NCBI GenBank assembly: GCA_900617105.1
Contig: UYFQ01000564.1
Span: forward strand, 1-37,018
Length of the DNA: 37,018 nt
DNA from: Hydrurus foetidus
Lineage: Eukaryota
Direction of reading: 5' to 3'
Shown here: piece after piece, positions 8,600 through 23,500 of the stretch
Position numbering within the stretch: the first letter of the stretch is position 1
Layout of the letters: each line of letters begins with the position of its first letter
Made by a program: the position numbers and the translations under genes
The notes under the pieces: generated by a model
What the model was told of the DNA's origin: nothing
Database searches by the model: none
The model's input: the letters and a program-made list of their open reading frames with translations, nothing else

Positions 8600-11500
8600 A
8601 AACACCGAAATTAATCAAAAGATTATAAGACGATATTGTTAGTCGGTCGCGTTGAGTCGCACACGACGCTCCGTCTGCGACACGGATTGCACTCCACAGA
8701 TTCGAAAATTAGTGATCTGCCTGGGAACCGGACAAGGAATTATGCTCCAGGTAGTGGGAATGGGAGCCGGGAGCCGACAACCAGGCCACTCAACGAGGCC
8801 AAAGTCCAGGCCACTGGGGATAACAGTCCCAGTGGGTTCCAAAACTAGAAACAGACCCAAAACTAGAAACAGCTAGGGCAGAACTCCGTTTCAAAACTTC
8901 CTATGAATAGTTTTTTTTAATAAAAACACTCTCTCGTAGTTACTTGACACTGCTGCTGTCATTTCTGTAGTCAAAATATTATGAAACGATTTTTTTCAAG
9001 TTGATTTTCCCCTCCCTAATACATGCACTTTTTCGTTGGATTCAAACACGACTTTGAATGTATTTTGGAAGAATGTTAGAGGTTACATCGAGTCAGAAAT
9101 GGTCGAATTAGTCTCTGTGCATAAACATTAGACTTAAAACATAACGATATCAGAGATAACCTGTTTTCAGAGACAAATTTCGGTGTTTTCCGACAAAGAA
9201 AATGAGGAAAACACCGAAATTAATCAAAAGATTATAAGACGATATTGTTAGTCGGTCGCGTTGAGTCGCACACGACGCTCCGTCTGCGACACGGATTGCA
9301 CTCCACAGATTCGAAAACAATTCAAAAAACACGAAGCATAGCGCTGCAGTGACGAAGGGGACCGGTCTGCCACAGTATCTCGACCCAAGGTCTTCGTCGT
9401 CATCGCTTCCCCCCCCCTCCTTAACACCTTCCCCTCCGCAGCCGTCCCTATGGGAACCGGCGACAAGGGACCTAACTCAGGTAGTGGAATAGAACCGGGA
9501 GCCGACAACCAGGCCACTCAACGAGGCCAAAGTCCAGGCCACAATTGGGGGATAACAGTCCCAGTGGGTTCCAAAACTAGAAACAGACCCAAAACTAGAA
9601 ACAGCTAGGGCAGAACTCCGTTTCAAAACTTCCTATGAATAGTTTTTTTTAATAAAAACACTCTCTCGTAGTTACTTGACACTGCTGCTGTCATTTCTGT
9701 AGTCAAAATATTATGAAACGATTTTTTTCAAGTTGATTTTCCCCTCCCTAATACATGCACTTTTTCGTTGGATTCAAACACGACTTTGAATGTATTTTGG
9801 AAGAATGTTAGAGGTTGCATCGAGTCAGAAATGGTCGAATTAGTCTCTGTGCATAAACATTAGACTTAAAACATAACGATATCAGAGATAACCTGTTTTC
9901 AGAGACAAATTTCGGTGTTTTCCGACAAAGAAAATGAGGAAAACACCGAAATTAATCAAAAGATTATAAGACGATATTGTTAGTCGGTCGCGTTGAGTCG
10001 CACACGACGCTCCGTCTGCGACACGGATTGCACTCCACAGATTCGAAAACAATTCAAAAAACACGAAGCATAGCGCTGCAGTGACGAAGGGGACCGGTCT
10101 GCCACAGTATCTCGACCCAAGGTCTTCGTCGTCATCGCTTCCCCCCCCCTCCTTAACACCTTCCCCTCCGCAGCCGTCCCTATGGGAACCGGCGACAAGG
10201 GACCTAACTCAGGTAGTGGAATAGAACCGGGAGCCGACAACCAGGCCACTCAACGAGGCCAAAGTCCAGGCCACAATTGGGGGATAACAGTCCCAGTGGG
10301 TTCCAAAACTAGAAACAGACCCAAAACTAGAAACAGCTAGGGCAGAACTCCGTTTCAAAACTTCCTATGAATAGTTTTTTTTAATAAAAACACTCTCTCG
10401 TAGTTACTTGACACTGCTGCTGTCATTTCTGTAGTCAAAATATTATGAAACGATTTTTTTCAAGTTGATTTTCCCCTCCCTAATACATGCACTTTTTCGT
10501 TGGATTCAAACACGACTTTGAATGTATTTTGGAAGAATGTTAGAGGTTACATCGAGTCAGAAATGGTCGAATTAGTCTCTGTGCATAAACATTAGACTTA
10601 AAACATAACGATATCAGAGATAACCTGTTTTCAGAGACAAATTTCGGTGTTTTCCGACAAAGAAAATGAGGAAAACACCGAAATTAATCAAAAGATTATA
10701 AGATGATATTGTTAGTCGGTCGCGTTGAGTCGCACACGACGCTCCGTCTGCGACACGGATTGCACTCCACAGATTCGAAAACAATTCAAAAAACACGAAG
10801 CATAGCGCTGCAGTGACGAAGGGGACCGGTCTGCCACAGTATCTCGACCCAAGGTCTTCGTCGTCATCGCTTCCCCCCTCCTTAACACCTTCCCCTCCGC
10901 AGCCGTCCCTATGGGAACCGGCGACAAGGGACCTAACTCAGGTAGTGGAATAGAACCGGGAGCCGACAACCAGGCCACTCAACGAGGCCAAAGTCCAGGC
11001 CACAATTGGGGGATAACAGTCCCAGTGGGTTCCAAAACTAGAAACAGACCCAAAACTAGAAACAGCTAGGGCAGAACTCCGTTTCAAAACTTCCTATGAA
11101 TAGTTTTTTTTAATAAAAACACTCTCTCGTAGTTACTTGACACTGCTGCTGTCATTTCTGTAGTCAAAATATTATGAAACGATTTTTTTCAAGTTGATTT
11201 TCCCCTCCCTAATACATGCACTTTTTCGTTGGATTCAAACACGACTTTGAATGTATTTTGGAAGAATGTTAGAGGTTGCATCGAGTCAGAAATGGTCGAA
11301 TTAGTCTCTGTGCATAAACATTAGACTTAAAACATAACGATATCAGAGATAACCTGTTTTCAGAGACAAATTTCGGTGTTTTCCGACAAAGAAAATGAGG
11401 AAAACACCGAAATTAATCAAAAGATTATAAGACGATATTGTTAGTCGGTCGCGTTGAGTCGCACACGACGCTCCGTCTGCGACACGGATTGCACTCCACA

Positions 11501-14500
11501 GATTCGAAAACAATTCAAAAAACACGAAGCATAGCGCTGCAGTGACGAAGGGGACCGGTCTGCCACAGTATCTCGACCCAAGGTCTTCGTCGTCATCGCT
11601 TCCCCCCCCCTCCTTAACACCTTCCCCTCCGCAGCCGTCCCTATGGGAACCGGCGACAAGGGACCTAACTCAGGTAGTGGAATAGAACCGGGAGCCGACA
11701 ACCAGGCCACTCAACGAGGCCAAAGTCCAGGCCACAATTGGGGGATAACAGTCCCAGTGGGTTCCAAAACTAGAAACAGACCCAAAACTAGAAACAGCTA
11801 GGGCAGAACTCCGTTTCAAAACTTCCTATGAATAGTTTTTTTTAATAAAAACACTCTCTCGTAGTTACTTGACACTGCTGCTGTCATTTCTGTAGTCAAA
11901 ATATTATGAAACGATTTTTTTCAAGTTGATTTTCCCCTCCCTAATACATGCACTTTTTCGTTGGATTCAAACACGACTTTGAATGTATTTTGGAAGAATG
12001 TTAGAGGTTGCATCGAGTCAGAAATGGTCGAATTAGTCTCTGTGCATAAACATTAGACTTAAAACATAACGATATCAGAGATAACCTGTTTTCAGAGACA
12101 AATTTCGGTGTTTTCCGACAAAGAAAATGAGGAAAACACCGAAATTAATCAAAAGATTATAAGACGATATTGTTAGTCGGTCGCGTTGAGTCGCACACGA
12201 CGCTCCGTCTGCGACACGGATTGCACTCCACAGATTCGAAAACAATTCAAAAAACACGAAGCATAGCGCTGCAGTGACGAAGGGGACCGGTCTGCCACAG
12301 TATCTCGACCCAAGGTCTTCGTCGTCATCGCTTCCCCCCCCCCCCCCCCCCCTTCCCCTCCGCAGCCGTCCCTATGGGAACCGGCGACAAGGGACCTAAC
12401 TCAGGTAGTGGAATAGAACCGGGAGCCGACAACCAGGCCACTCAACGAGGCCAAAGTCCAGGCCACAATTGGGGGATAACAGTCCCAGTGGGTTCCAAAA
12501 CTAGAAACAGACCCAAAACTAGAAACAGCTAGGGCAGAACTCCGTTTCAAAACTTCCTATGAATAGTTTTTTTTAATAAAAACACTCTCTCGTAGTTACT
12601 TGACACTGCTGCTGTCATTTCTGTAGTCAAAATATTATGAAACGATTTTTTTCAAGTTGATTTTCCCCTCCCTAATACATGCACTTTTTCGTTGGATTCA
12701 AACACGACTTTGAATGTATTTTGGAAGAATGTTAGAGGTTGCATCGAGTCAGAAATGGTCGAATTAGTCTCTGTGCATAAACATTAGACTTAAAACATAA
12801 CGATATCAGAGATAACCTGTTTTCAGAGACAAATTTCGGTGTTTTCCGACAAAGAAAATGAGGAAAACACCGAAATTAATCAAAAGATTATAAGACGATA
12901 TTGTTAGTCGGTCGCGTTGAGTCGCACACGACGCTCCGTCTGCGACACGGATTGCACTCCACAGATTCGAAAACAATTCAAAAAACACGAAGCATAGCGC
13001 TGCAGTGACGAAGGGGACCGGTCTGCCACAGTATCTCGACCCAAGGTCTTCGTCGTCATCGCTTCCCCTCCTTAACACCTTCCCCTCCGCAGCCGTCCCT
13101 ATGGGAACCGGCGACAAGGGACCTAACTCAGGTAGTGGAATAGAACCGGGAGCCGACAACCAGGCCACTCAACGAGGCCAAAGTCCAGGCCACAATTGGG
13201 GGATAACAGTCCCAGTGGGTTCCAAAACTAGAAACAGACCCAAAACTAGAAACAGCTAGGGCAGAACTCCGTTTCAAAACTTCCTATGAATAGTTTTTTT
13301 TAATAAAAACACTCTCTCGTAGTTACTTGACACTGCTGCTGTCATTTCTGTAGTCAAAATATTATGAAACGATTTTTTTCAAGTTGATTTTCCCCTCCCT
13401 AATACATGCACTTTTTCGTTGGATTCAAACACGACTTTGAATGTATTTTGGAAGAATGTTAGAGGTTGCATCGAGTCAGAAATGGTCGAATTAGTCTCTG
13501 TGCATAAACATTAGACTTAAAACATAACGATATCAGAGATAACCTGTTTTCAGAGACAAATTTCGGTGTTTTCCGACAAAGAAAATGAGGAAAACACCGA
13601 AATTAATCAAAAGATTATAAGACGATATTGTTAGTCGGTCGCGTTGAGTCGCACACGACGCTCCGTCTGCGACACGGATTGCACTCCACAGATTCGAAAA
13701 CAATTCAAAAAACACGAAGCATAGCGCTGCAGTGACGAAGGGGACCGGTCTGCCACAGTATCTCGACCCAAGGTCTTCGTCGTCATCGCTTCCCCCTCCT
13801 TAACACCTTCCCCTCCGCAGCCGTCCCTATGGGAACCGGCGACAAGGGACCTAACTCAGGTAGTGGAATAGAACCGGGAGCCGACAACCAGGCCACTCAA
13901 CGAGGCCAAAGTCCAGGCCACAATTGGGGGATAACAGTCCCAGTGGGTTCCAAAACTAGAAACAGACCCAAAACTAGAAACAGCTAGGGCAGAACTCCGT
14001 TTCAAAACTTCCTATGAATAGTTTTTTTTAATAAAAACACTCTCTCGTAGTTACTTGACACTGCTGCTGTCATTTCTGTAGTCAAAATATTATGAAACGA
14101 TTTTTTTCAAGTTGATTTTCCCCTCCCTAATACATGCACTTTTTCGTTGGATTCAAACACGACTTTGAATGTATTTTGGAAGAATGTTAGAGGTTGCATC
14201 GAGTCAGAAATGGTCGAATTAGTCTCTGTGCATAAACATTAGACTTAAAACATAACGATATCAGAGATAACCTGTTTTCAGAGACAAATTTCGGTGTTTT
14301 CCGACAAAGAAAATGAGGAAAACACCGAAATTAATCAAAAGATTATAAGACGATATTGTTAGTCGGTCGCGTTGAGTCGCACACGACGCTCCGTCTGCGA
14401 CACGGATTGCACTCCACAGATTCGAAAACAATTCAAAAAACACGAAGCATAGCGCTGCAGTGACGAAGGGGACCGGTCTGCCACAGTATCTCGACCCAAG

Positions 14501-17500
14501 GTCTTCGTCGTCATCGCTTCCCCCCTCCTTAACACCTTCCCCTCCGCAGCCGTCCCTATGGGAACCGGCGACAAGGGACCTAACTCAGGTAGTGGAATAG
14601 AACCGGGAGCCGACAACCAGGCCACTCAACGAGGCCAAAGTCCAGGCCACAATTGGGGGATAACAGTCCCAGTGGGTTCCAAAACTAGAAACAGACCCAA
14701 AACTAGAAACAGCTAGGGCAGAACTCCGTTTCAAAACTTCCTATGAATAGTTTTTTTTAATAAAAACACTCTCTCGTAGTTACTTGACACTGCTGCTGTC
14801 ATTTCTGTAGTCAAAATATTATGAAACGATTTTTTTCAAGTTGATTTTCCCCTCCCTAATACATGCACTTTTTCGTTGGATTCAAACACGACTTTGAATG
14901 TATTTTGGAAGAATGTTAGAGGTTGCATCGAGTCAGAAATGGTCGAATTAGTCTCTGTGCATAAACATTAGACTTAAAACATAACGATATCAGAGATAAC
15001 CTGTTTTCAGAGACAAATTTCGGTGTTTTCCGACAAAGAAAATGAGGAAAACACCGAAATTAATCAAAAGATTATAAGACGATATTGTTAGTCGGTCGCG
15101 TTGAGTCGCACACGACGCTCCGTCTGCGACACGGATTGCACTCCACAGATTCGAAAACAATTCAAAAAACACGAAGCATAGCGCTGCAGTGACGAAGGGG
15201 ACCGGTCTGCCACAGTATCTCGACCCAAGGTCTTCGTCGTCATCGCTTCCCCCTCCTTAACACCTTCCCCTCCGCAGCCGTCCCTATGGGAACCGGCGAC
15301 AAGGGACCTAACTCAGGTAGTGGAATAGAACCGGGAGCCGACAACCAGGCCACTCAACGAGGCCAAAGTCCAGGCCACAATTGGGGGATAACAGTCCCAG
15401 TGGGTTCCAAAACTAGAAACAGACCCAAAACTAGAAACAGCTAGGGCAGAACTCCGTTTCAAAACTTCCTATGAATAGTTTTTTTTAATAAAAACACTCT
15501 CTCGTAGTTACTTGACACTGCTGCTGTCATTTCTGTAGTCAAAATATTATGAAACGATTTTTTTCAAGTTGATTTTCCCCTCCCTAATACATGCACTTTT
15601 TCGTTGGATTCAAACACGACTTTGAATGTATTTTGGAAGAATGTTAGAGGTTGCATCGAGTCAGAAATGGTCGAATTAGTCTCTGTGCATAAACATTAGA
15701 CTTAAAACATAACGATATCAGAGATAACCTGTTTTCAGAGACAAATTTCGGTGTTTTCCGACAAAGAAAATGAGGAAAACACCGAAATTAATCAAAAGAT
15801 TATAAGACGATATTGTTAGTCGGTCGCGTTGAGTCGCACACGACGCTCCGTCTGCGACACGGATTGCACTCCACAGATTCGAAAACAATTCAAAAAACAC
15901 GAAGCATAGCGCTGCAGTGACGAAGGGGACCGGTCTGCCACAGTATCTCGACCCAAGGTCTTCGTCGTCATCGCTTCCCCCCCCCTCCTTAACACCTTCC
16001 CCTCCGCAGCCGTCCCTATGGGAACCGGCGACAAGGGACCTAACTCAGGTAGTGGAATAGAACCGGGAGCCGACAACCAGGCCACTCAACGAGGCCAAAG
16101 TCCAGGCCACAATTGGGGGATAACAGTCCCAGTGGGTTCCAAAACTAGAAACAGACCCAAAACTAGAAACAGCTAGGGCAGAACTCCGTTTCAAAACTTC
16201 CTATGAATAGTTTTTTTTAATAAAAACACTCTCTCGTAGTTACTTGACACTGCTGCTGTCATTTCTGTAGTCAAAATATTATGAAACGATTTTTTTCAAG
16301 TTGATTTTCCCCTCCCTAATACATGCACTTTTTCGTTGGATTCAAACACGACTTTGAATGTATTTTGGAAGAATGTTAGAGGTTGCATCGAGTCAGAAAT
16401 GGTCGAATTAGTCTCTGTGCATAAACATTAGACTTAAAACATAACGATATCAGAGATAACCTGTTTTCAGAGACAAATTTCGGTGTTTTCCGACAAAGAA
16501 AATGAGGAAAACACCGAAATTAATCAAAAGATTATAAGACGATATTGTTAGTCGGTCGCGTTGAGTCGCACACGACGCTCCGTCTGCGACACGGATTGCA
16601 CTCCACAGATTCGAAAACAATTCAAAAAACACGAAGCATAGCGCTGCAGTGACGAAGGGGACCGGTCTGCCACAGTATCTCGACCCAAGGTCTTCGTCGT
16701 CATCGCTTCCCCCCCCCTCCTTAACACCTTCCCCTCCGCAGCCGTCCCTATGGGAACCGGCGACAAGGGACCTAACTCAGGTAGTGGAATAGAACCGGGA
16801 GCCGACAACCAGGCCACTCAACGAGGCCAAAGTCCAGGCCACAATTGGGGGATAACAGTCCCAGTGGGTTCCAAAACTAGAAACAGACCCAAAACTAGAA
16901 ACAGCTAGGGCAGAACTCCGTTTCAAAACTTCCTATGAATAGTTTTTTTTAATAAAAACACTCTCTCGTAGTTACTTGACACTGCTGCTGTCATTTCTGT
17001 AGTCAAAATATTATGAAACGATTTTTTTCAAGTTGATTTTCCCCTCCCTAATACATGCACTTTTTCGTTGGATTCAAACACGACTTTGAATGTATTTTGG
17101 AAGAATGTTAGAGGTTGCATCGAGTCAGAAATGGTCGAATTAGTCTCTGTGCATAAACATTAGACTTAAAACATAACGATATCAGAGATAACCTGTTTTC
17201 AGAGACAAATTTCGGTGTTTTCCGACAAAGAAAATGAGGAAAACACCGAAATTAATCAAAAGATTATAAGACGATATTGTTAGTCGGTCGCGTTGAGTCG
17301 CACACGACGCTCCGTCTGCGACACGGATTGCACTCCACAGATTCGAAAACAATTCAAAAAACACGAAGCATAGCGCTGCAGTGACGAAGGGGACCGGTCT
17401 GCCACAGTATCTCGACCCAAGGTCTTCGTCGTCATCGCTTCCCCCCCCCTCCTTAACACCTTCCCCTCCGCAGCCGTCCCTATGGGAACCGGCGACAAGG

Positions 17501-20500
17501 GACCTAACTCAGGTAGTGGAATAGAACCGGGAGCCGACAACCAGGCCACTCAACGAGGCCAAAGTCCAGGCCACAATTGGGGGATAACAGTCCCAGTGGG
17601 TTCCAAAACTAGAAACAGACCCAAAACTAGAAACAGCTAGGGCAGAACTCCGTTTCAAAACTTCCTATGAATAGTTTTTTTTAATAAAAACACTCTCTCG
17701 TAGTTACTTGACACTGCTGCTGTCATTTCTGTAGTCAAAATATTATGAAACGATTTTTTTCAAGTTGATTTTCCCCTCCCTAATACATGCACTTTTTCGT
17801 TGGATTCAAACACGACTTTGAATGTATTTTGGAAGAATGTTAGAGGTTGCATCGAGTCAGAAATGGTCGAATTAGTCTCTGTGCATAAACATTAGACTTA
17901 AAACATAACGATATCAGAGATAACCTGTTTTCAGAGACAAATTTCGGTGTTTTCCGACAAAGAAAATGAGGAAAACACCGAAATTAATCAAAAGATTATA
18001 AGACGATATTGTTAGTCGGTCGCGTTGAGTCGCACACGACGCTCCGTCTGCGACACGGATTGCACTCCACAGATTCGAAAACAATTCAAAAAACACGAAG
18101 CATAGCGCTGCAGTGACGAAGGGGACCGGTCTGCCACAGTATCTCGACCCAAGGTCTTCGTCGTCATCGCTTCCCCCCCCCTCCTTAACACCTTCCCCTC
18201 CGCAGCCGTCCCTATGGGAACCGGCGACAAGGGACCTAACTCAGGTAGTGGAATAGAACCGGGAGCCGACAACCAGGCCACTCAACGAGGCCAAAGTCCA
18301 GGCCACAATTGGGGGATAACAGTCCCAGTGGGTTCCAAAACTAGAAACAGACCCAAAACTAGAAACAGCTAGGGCAGAACTCCGTTTCAAAACTTCCTAT
18401 GAATAGTTTTTTTTAATAAAAACACTCTCTCGTAGTTACTTGACACTGCTGCTGTCATTTCTGTAGTCAAAATATTATGAAACGATTTTTTTCAAGTTGA
18501 TTTTCCCCTCCCTAATACATGCACTTTTTCGTTGGATTCAAACACGACTTTGAATGTATTTTGGAAGAATGTTAGAGGTTGCATCGAGTCAGAAATGGTC
18601 GAATTAGTCTCTGTGCATAAACATTAGACTTAAAACATAACGATATCAGAGATAACCTGTTTTCAGAGACAAATTTCGGTGTTTTCCGACAAAGAAAATG
18701 AGGAAAACACCGAAATTAATCAAAAGATTATAAGACGATATTGTTAGTCGGTCGCGTTGAGTCGCACACGACGCTCCGTCTGCGACACGGATTGCACTCC
18801 ACAGATTCGAAAACAATTCAAAAAACACGAAGCATAGCGCTGCAGTGACGAAGGGGACCGGTCTGCCACAGTATCTCGACCCAAGGTCTTCGTCGTCATC
18901 GCTTCCCCCCCCCTCCTTAACACCTTCCCCTCCGCAGCCGTCCCTATGGGAACCGGCGACAAGGGACCTAACTCAGGTAGTGGAATAGAACCGGGAGCCG
19001 ACAACCAGGCCACTCAACGAGGCCAAAGTCCAGGCCACAATTGGGGGATAACAGTCCCAGTGGGTTCCAAAACTAGAAACAGACCCAAAACTAGAAACAG
19101 CTAGGGCAGAACTCCGTTTCAAAACTTCCTATGAATAGTTTTTTTTAATAAAAACACTCTCTCGTAGTTACTTGACACTGCTGCTGTCATTTCTGTAGTC
19201 AAAATATTATGAAACGATTTTTTTCAAGTTGATTTTCCCCTCCCTAATACATGCACTTTTTCGTTGGATTCAAACACGACTTTGAATGTATTTTGGAAGA
19301 ATGTTAGAGGTTGCATCGAGTCAGAAATGGTCGAATTAGTCTCTGTGCATAAACATTAGACTTAAAACATAACGATATCAGAGATAACCTGTTTTCAGAG
19401 ACAAATTTCGGTGTTTTCCGACAAAGAAAATGAGGAAAACACCGAAATTAATCAAAAGATTATAAGACGATATTGTTAGTCGGTCGCGTTGAGTCGCACA
19501 CGACGCTCCGTCTGCGACACGGATTGCACTCCACAGATTCGAAAACAATTCAAAAAACACGAAGCATAGCGCTGCAGTGACGAAGGGGACCGGTCTGCCA
19601 CAGTATCTCGACCCAAGGTCTTCGTCGTCATCGCTTCCCCCTCCTTAACACCTTCCCCTCCGCAGCCGTCCCTATGGGAACCGGCGACAAGGGACCTAAC
19701 TCAGGTAGTGGAATAGAACCGGGAGCCGACAACCAGGCCACTCAACGAGGCCAAAGTCCAGGCCACAATTGGGGGATAACAGTCCCAGTGGGTTCCAAAA
19801 CTAGAAACAGACCCAAAACTAGAAACAGCTAGGGCAGAACTCCGTTTCAAAACTTCCTATGAATAGTTTTTTTTAATAAAAACACTCTCTCGTAGTTACT
19901 TGACACTGCTGCTGTCATTTCTGTAGTCAAAATATTATGAAACGATTTTTTTCAAGTTGATTTTCCCCTCCCTAATACATGCACTTTTTCGTTGGATTCA
20001 AACACGACTTTGAATGTATTTTGGAAGAATGTTAGAGGTTGCATCGAGTCAGAAATGGTCGAATTAGTCTCTGTGCATAAACATTAGACTTAAAACATAA
20101 CGATATCAGAGATAACCTGTTTTCAGAGACAAATTTCGGTGTTTTCCGACAAAGAAAATGAGGAAAACACCGAAATTAATCAAAAGATTATAAGACGATA
20201 TTGTTAGTCGGTCGCGTTGAGTCGCACACGACGCTCCGTCTGCGACACGGATTGCACTCCACAGATTCGAAAACAATTCAAAAAACACGAAGCATAGCGC
20301 TGCAGTGACGAAGGGGACCGGTCTGCCACAGTATCTCGACCCAAGGTCTTCGTCGTCATCGCTTCCCCCCCCCTCCTTAACACCTTCCCCTCCGCAGCCG
20401 TCCCTATGGGAACCGGCGACAAGGGACCTAACTCAGGTAGTGGAATAGAACCGGGAGCCGACAACCAGGCCACTCAACGAGGCCAAAGTCCAGGCCACAA

Positions 20501-23500
20501 TTGGGGGATAACAGTCCCAGTGGGTTCCAAAACTAGAAACAGACCCAAAACTAGAAACAGCTAGGGCAGAACTCCGTTTCAAAACTTCCTATGAATAGTT
20601 TTTTTTAATAAAAACACTCTCTCGTAGTTACTTGACACTGCTGCTGTCATTTCTGTAGTCAAAATATTATGAAACGATTTTTTTCAAGTTGATTTTCCCC
20701 TCCCTAATACATGCACTTTTTCGTTGGATTCAAACACGACTTTGAATGTATTTTGGAAGAATGTTAGAGGTTGCATCGAGTCAGAAATGGTCGAATTAGT
20801 CTCTGTGCATAAACATTAGACTTAAAACATAACGATATCAGAGATAACCTGTTTTCAGAGACAAATTTCGGTGTTTTCCGACAAAGAAAATGAGGAAAAC
20901 ACCGAAATTAATCAAAAGATTATAAGACGATATTGTTAGTCGGTCGCGTTGAGTCGCACACGACGCTCCGTCTGCGACACGGATTGCACTCCACAGATTC
21001 GAAAACAATTCAAAAAACACGAAGCATAGCGCTGCAGTGACGAAGGGGACCGGTCTGCCACAGTATCTCGACCCAAGGTCTTCGTCGTCATCGCTTCCCC
21101 CCTCCTTAACACCTTCCCCTCCGCAGCCGTCCCTATGGGAACCGGCGACAAGGGACCTAACTCAGGTAGTGGAATAGAACCGGGAGCCGACAACCAGGCC
21201 ACTCAACGAGGCCAAAGTCCAGGCCACAATTGGGGGATAACAGTCCCAGTGGGTTCCAAAACTAGAAACAGACCCAAAACTAGAAACAGCTAGGGCAGAA
21301 CTCCGTTTCAAAACTTCCTATGAATAGTTTTTTTTAATAAAAACACTCTCTCGTAGTTACTTGACACTGCTGCTGTCATTTCTGTAGTCAAAATATTATG
21401 AAACGATTTTTTTCAAGTTGATTTTCCCCTCCCTAATACATGCACTTTTTCGTTGGATTCAAACACGACTTTGAATGTATTTTGGAAGAATGTTAGAGGT
21501 TGCATCGAGTCAGAAATGGTCGAATTAGTCTCTGTGCATAAACATTAGACTTAAAACATAACGATATCAGAGATAACCTGTTTTCAGAGACAAATTTCGG
21601 TGTTTTCCGACAAAGAAAATGAGGAAAACACCGAAATTAATCAAAAGATTATAAGACGATATTGTTAGTCGGTCGCGTTGAGTCGCACACGACGCTCCGT
21701 CTGCGACACGGATTGCACTCCACAGATTCGAAAACAATTCAAAAAACACGAAGCATAGCGCTGCAGTGACGAAGGGGACCGGTCTGCCACAGTATCTCGA
21801 CCCAAGGTCTTCGTCGTCATCGCTTCCCCCCCCCTCCTTAACACCTTCCCCTCCGCAGCCGTCCCTATGGGAACCGGCGACAAGGGACCTAACTCAGGTA
21901 GTGGAATAGAACCGGGAGCCGACAACCAGGCCACTCAACGAGGCCAAAGTCCAGGCCACAATTGGGGGATAACAGTCCCAGTGGGTTCCAAAACTAGAAA
22001 CAGACCCAAAACTAGAAACAGCTAGGGCAGAACTCCGTTTCAAAACTTCCTATGAATAGTTTTTTTTAATAAAAACACTCTCTCGTAGTTACTTGACACT
22101 GCTGCTGTCATTTCTGTAGTCAAAATATTATGAAACGATTTTTTTCAAGTTGATTTTCCCCTCCCTAATACATGCACTTTTTCGTTGGATTCAAACACGA
22201 CTTTGAATGTATTTTGGAAGAATGTTAGAGGTTGCATCGAGTCAGAAATGGTCGAATTAGTCTCTGTGCATAAACATTAGACTTAAAACATAACGATATC
22301 AGAGATAACCTGTTTTCAGAGACAAATTTCGGTGTTTTCCGACAAAGAAAATGAGGAAAACACCGAAATTAATCAAAAGATTATAAGACGATATTGTTAG
22401 TCGGTCGCGTTGAGTCGCACACGACGCTCCGTCTGCGACACGGATTGCACTCCACAGATTCGAAAACAATTCAAAAAACACGAAGCATAGCGCTGCAGTG
22501 ACGAAGGGGACCGGTCTGCCACAGTATCTCGACCCAAGGTCTTCGTCGTCATCGCTTCCCCCCCTCCTTAACACCTTCCCCTCCGCAGCCGTCCCTATGG
22601 GAACCGGCGACAAGGGACCTAACTCAGGTAGTGGAATAGAACCGGGAGCCGACAACCAGGCCACTCAACGAGGCCAAAGTCCAGGCCACAATTGGGGGAT
22701 AACAGTCCCAGTGGGTTCCAAAACTAGAAACAGACCCAAAACTAGAAACAGCTAGGGCAGAACTCCGTTTCAAAACTTCCTATGAATAGTTTTTTTTAAT
22801 AAAAACACTCTCTCGTAGTTACTTGACACTGCTGCTGTCATTTCTGTAGTCAAAATATTATGAAACGATTTTTTTCAAGTTGATTTTCCCCTCCCTAATA
22901 CATGCACTTTTTCGTTGGATTCAAACACGACTTTGAATGTATTTTGGAAGAATGTTAGAGGTTGCATCGAGTCAGAAATGGTCGAATTAGTCTCTGTGCA
23001 TAAACATTAGACTTAAAACATAACGATATCAGAGATAACCTGTTTTCAGAGACAAATTTCGGTGTTTTCCGACAAAGAAAATGAGGAAAACACCGAAATT
23101 AATCAAAAGATTATAAGACGATATTGTTAGTCGGTCGCGTTGAGTCGCACACGACGCTCCGTCTGCGACACGGATTGCACTCCACAGATTCGAAAACAAT
23201 TCAAAAAACACGAAGCATAGCGCTGCAGTGACGAAGGGGACCGGTCTGCCACAGTATCTCGACCCAAGGTCTTCGTCGTCATCGCTTCCCCCCCCCTCCT
23301 TAACACCTTCCCCTCCGCAGCCGTCCCTATGGGAACCGGCGACAAGGGACCTAACTCAGGTAGTGGAATAGAACCGGGAGCCGACAACCAGGCCACTCAA
23401 CGAGGCCAAAGTCCAGGCCACAATTGGGGGATAACAGTCCCAGTGGGTTCCAAAACTAGAAACAGACCCAAAACTAGAAACAGCTAGGGCAGAACTCCGT

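Noticed and set aside
7953..9560. Hammerhead ribozyme in the leader duplication or array unit
   Set aside because: CTGAGATGAAAC and GTGACGA resemble the core, but no CUGANGA...GAAA arrangement with three helices was found by eye.
12334..12352. C19 run replacing C9-TCCTTAACACC in unit 5
   Set aside because: It is almost the same length as the normal sequence and occurs once, so it is most likely a base-calling artefact.
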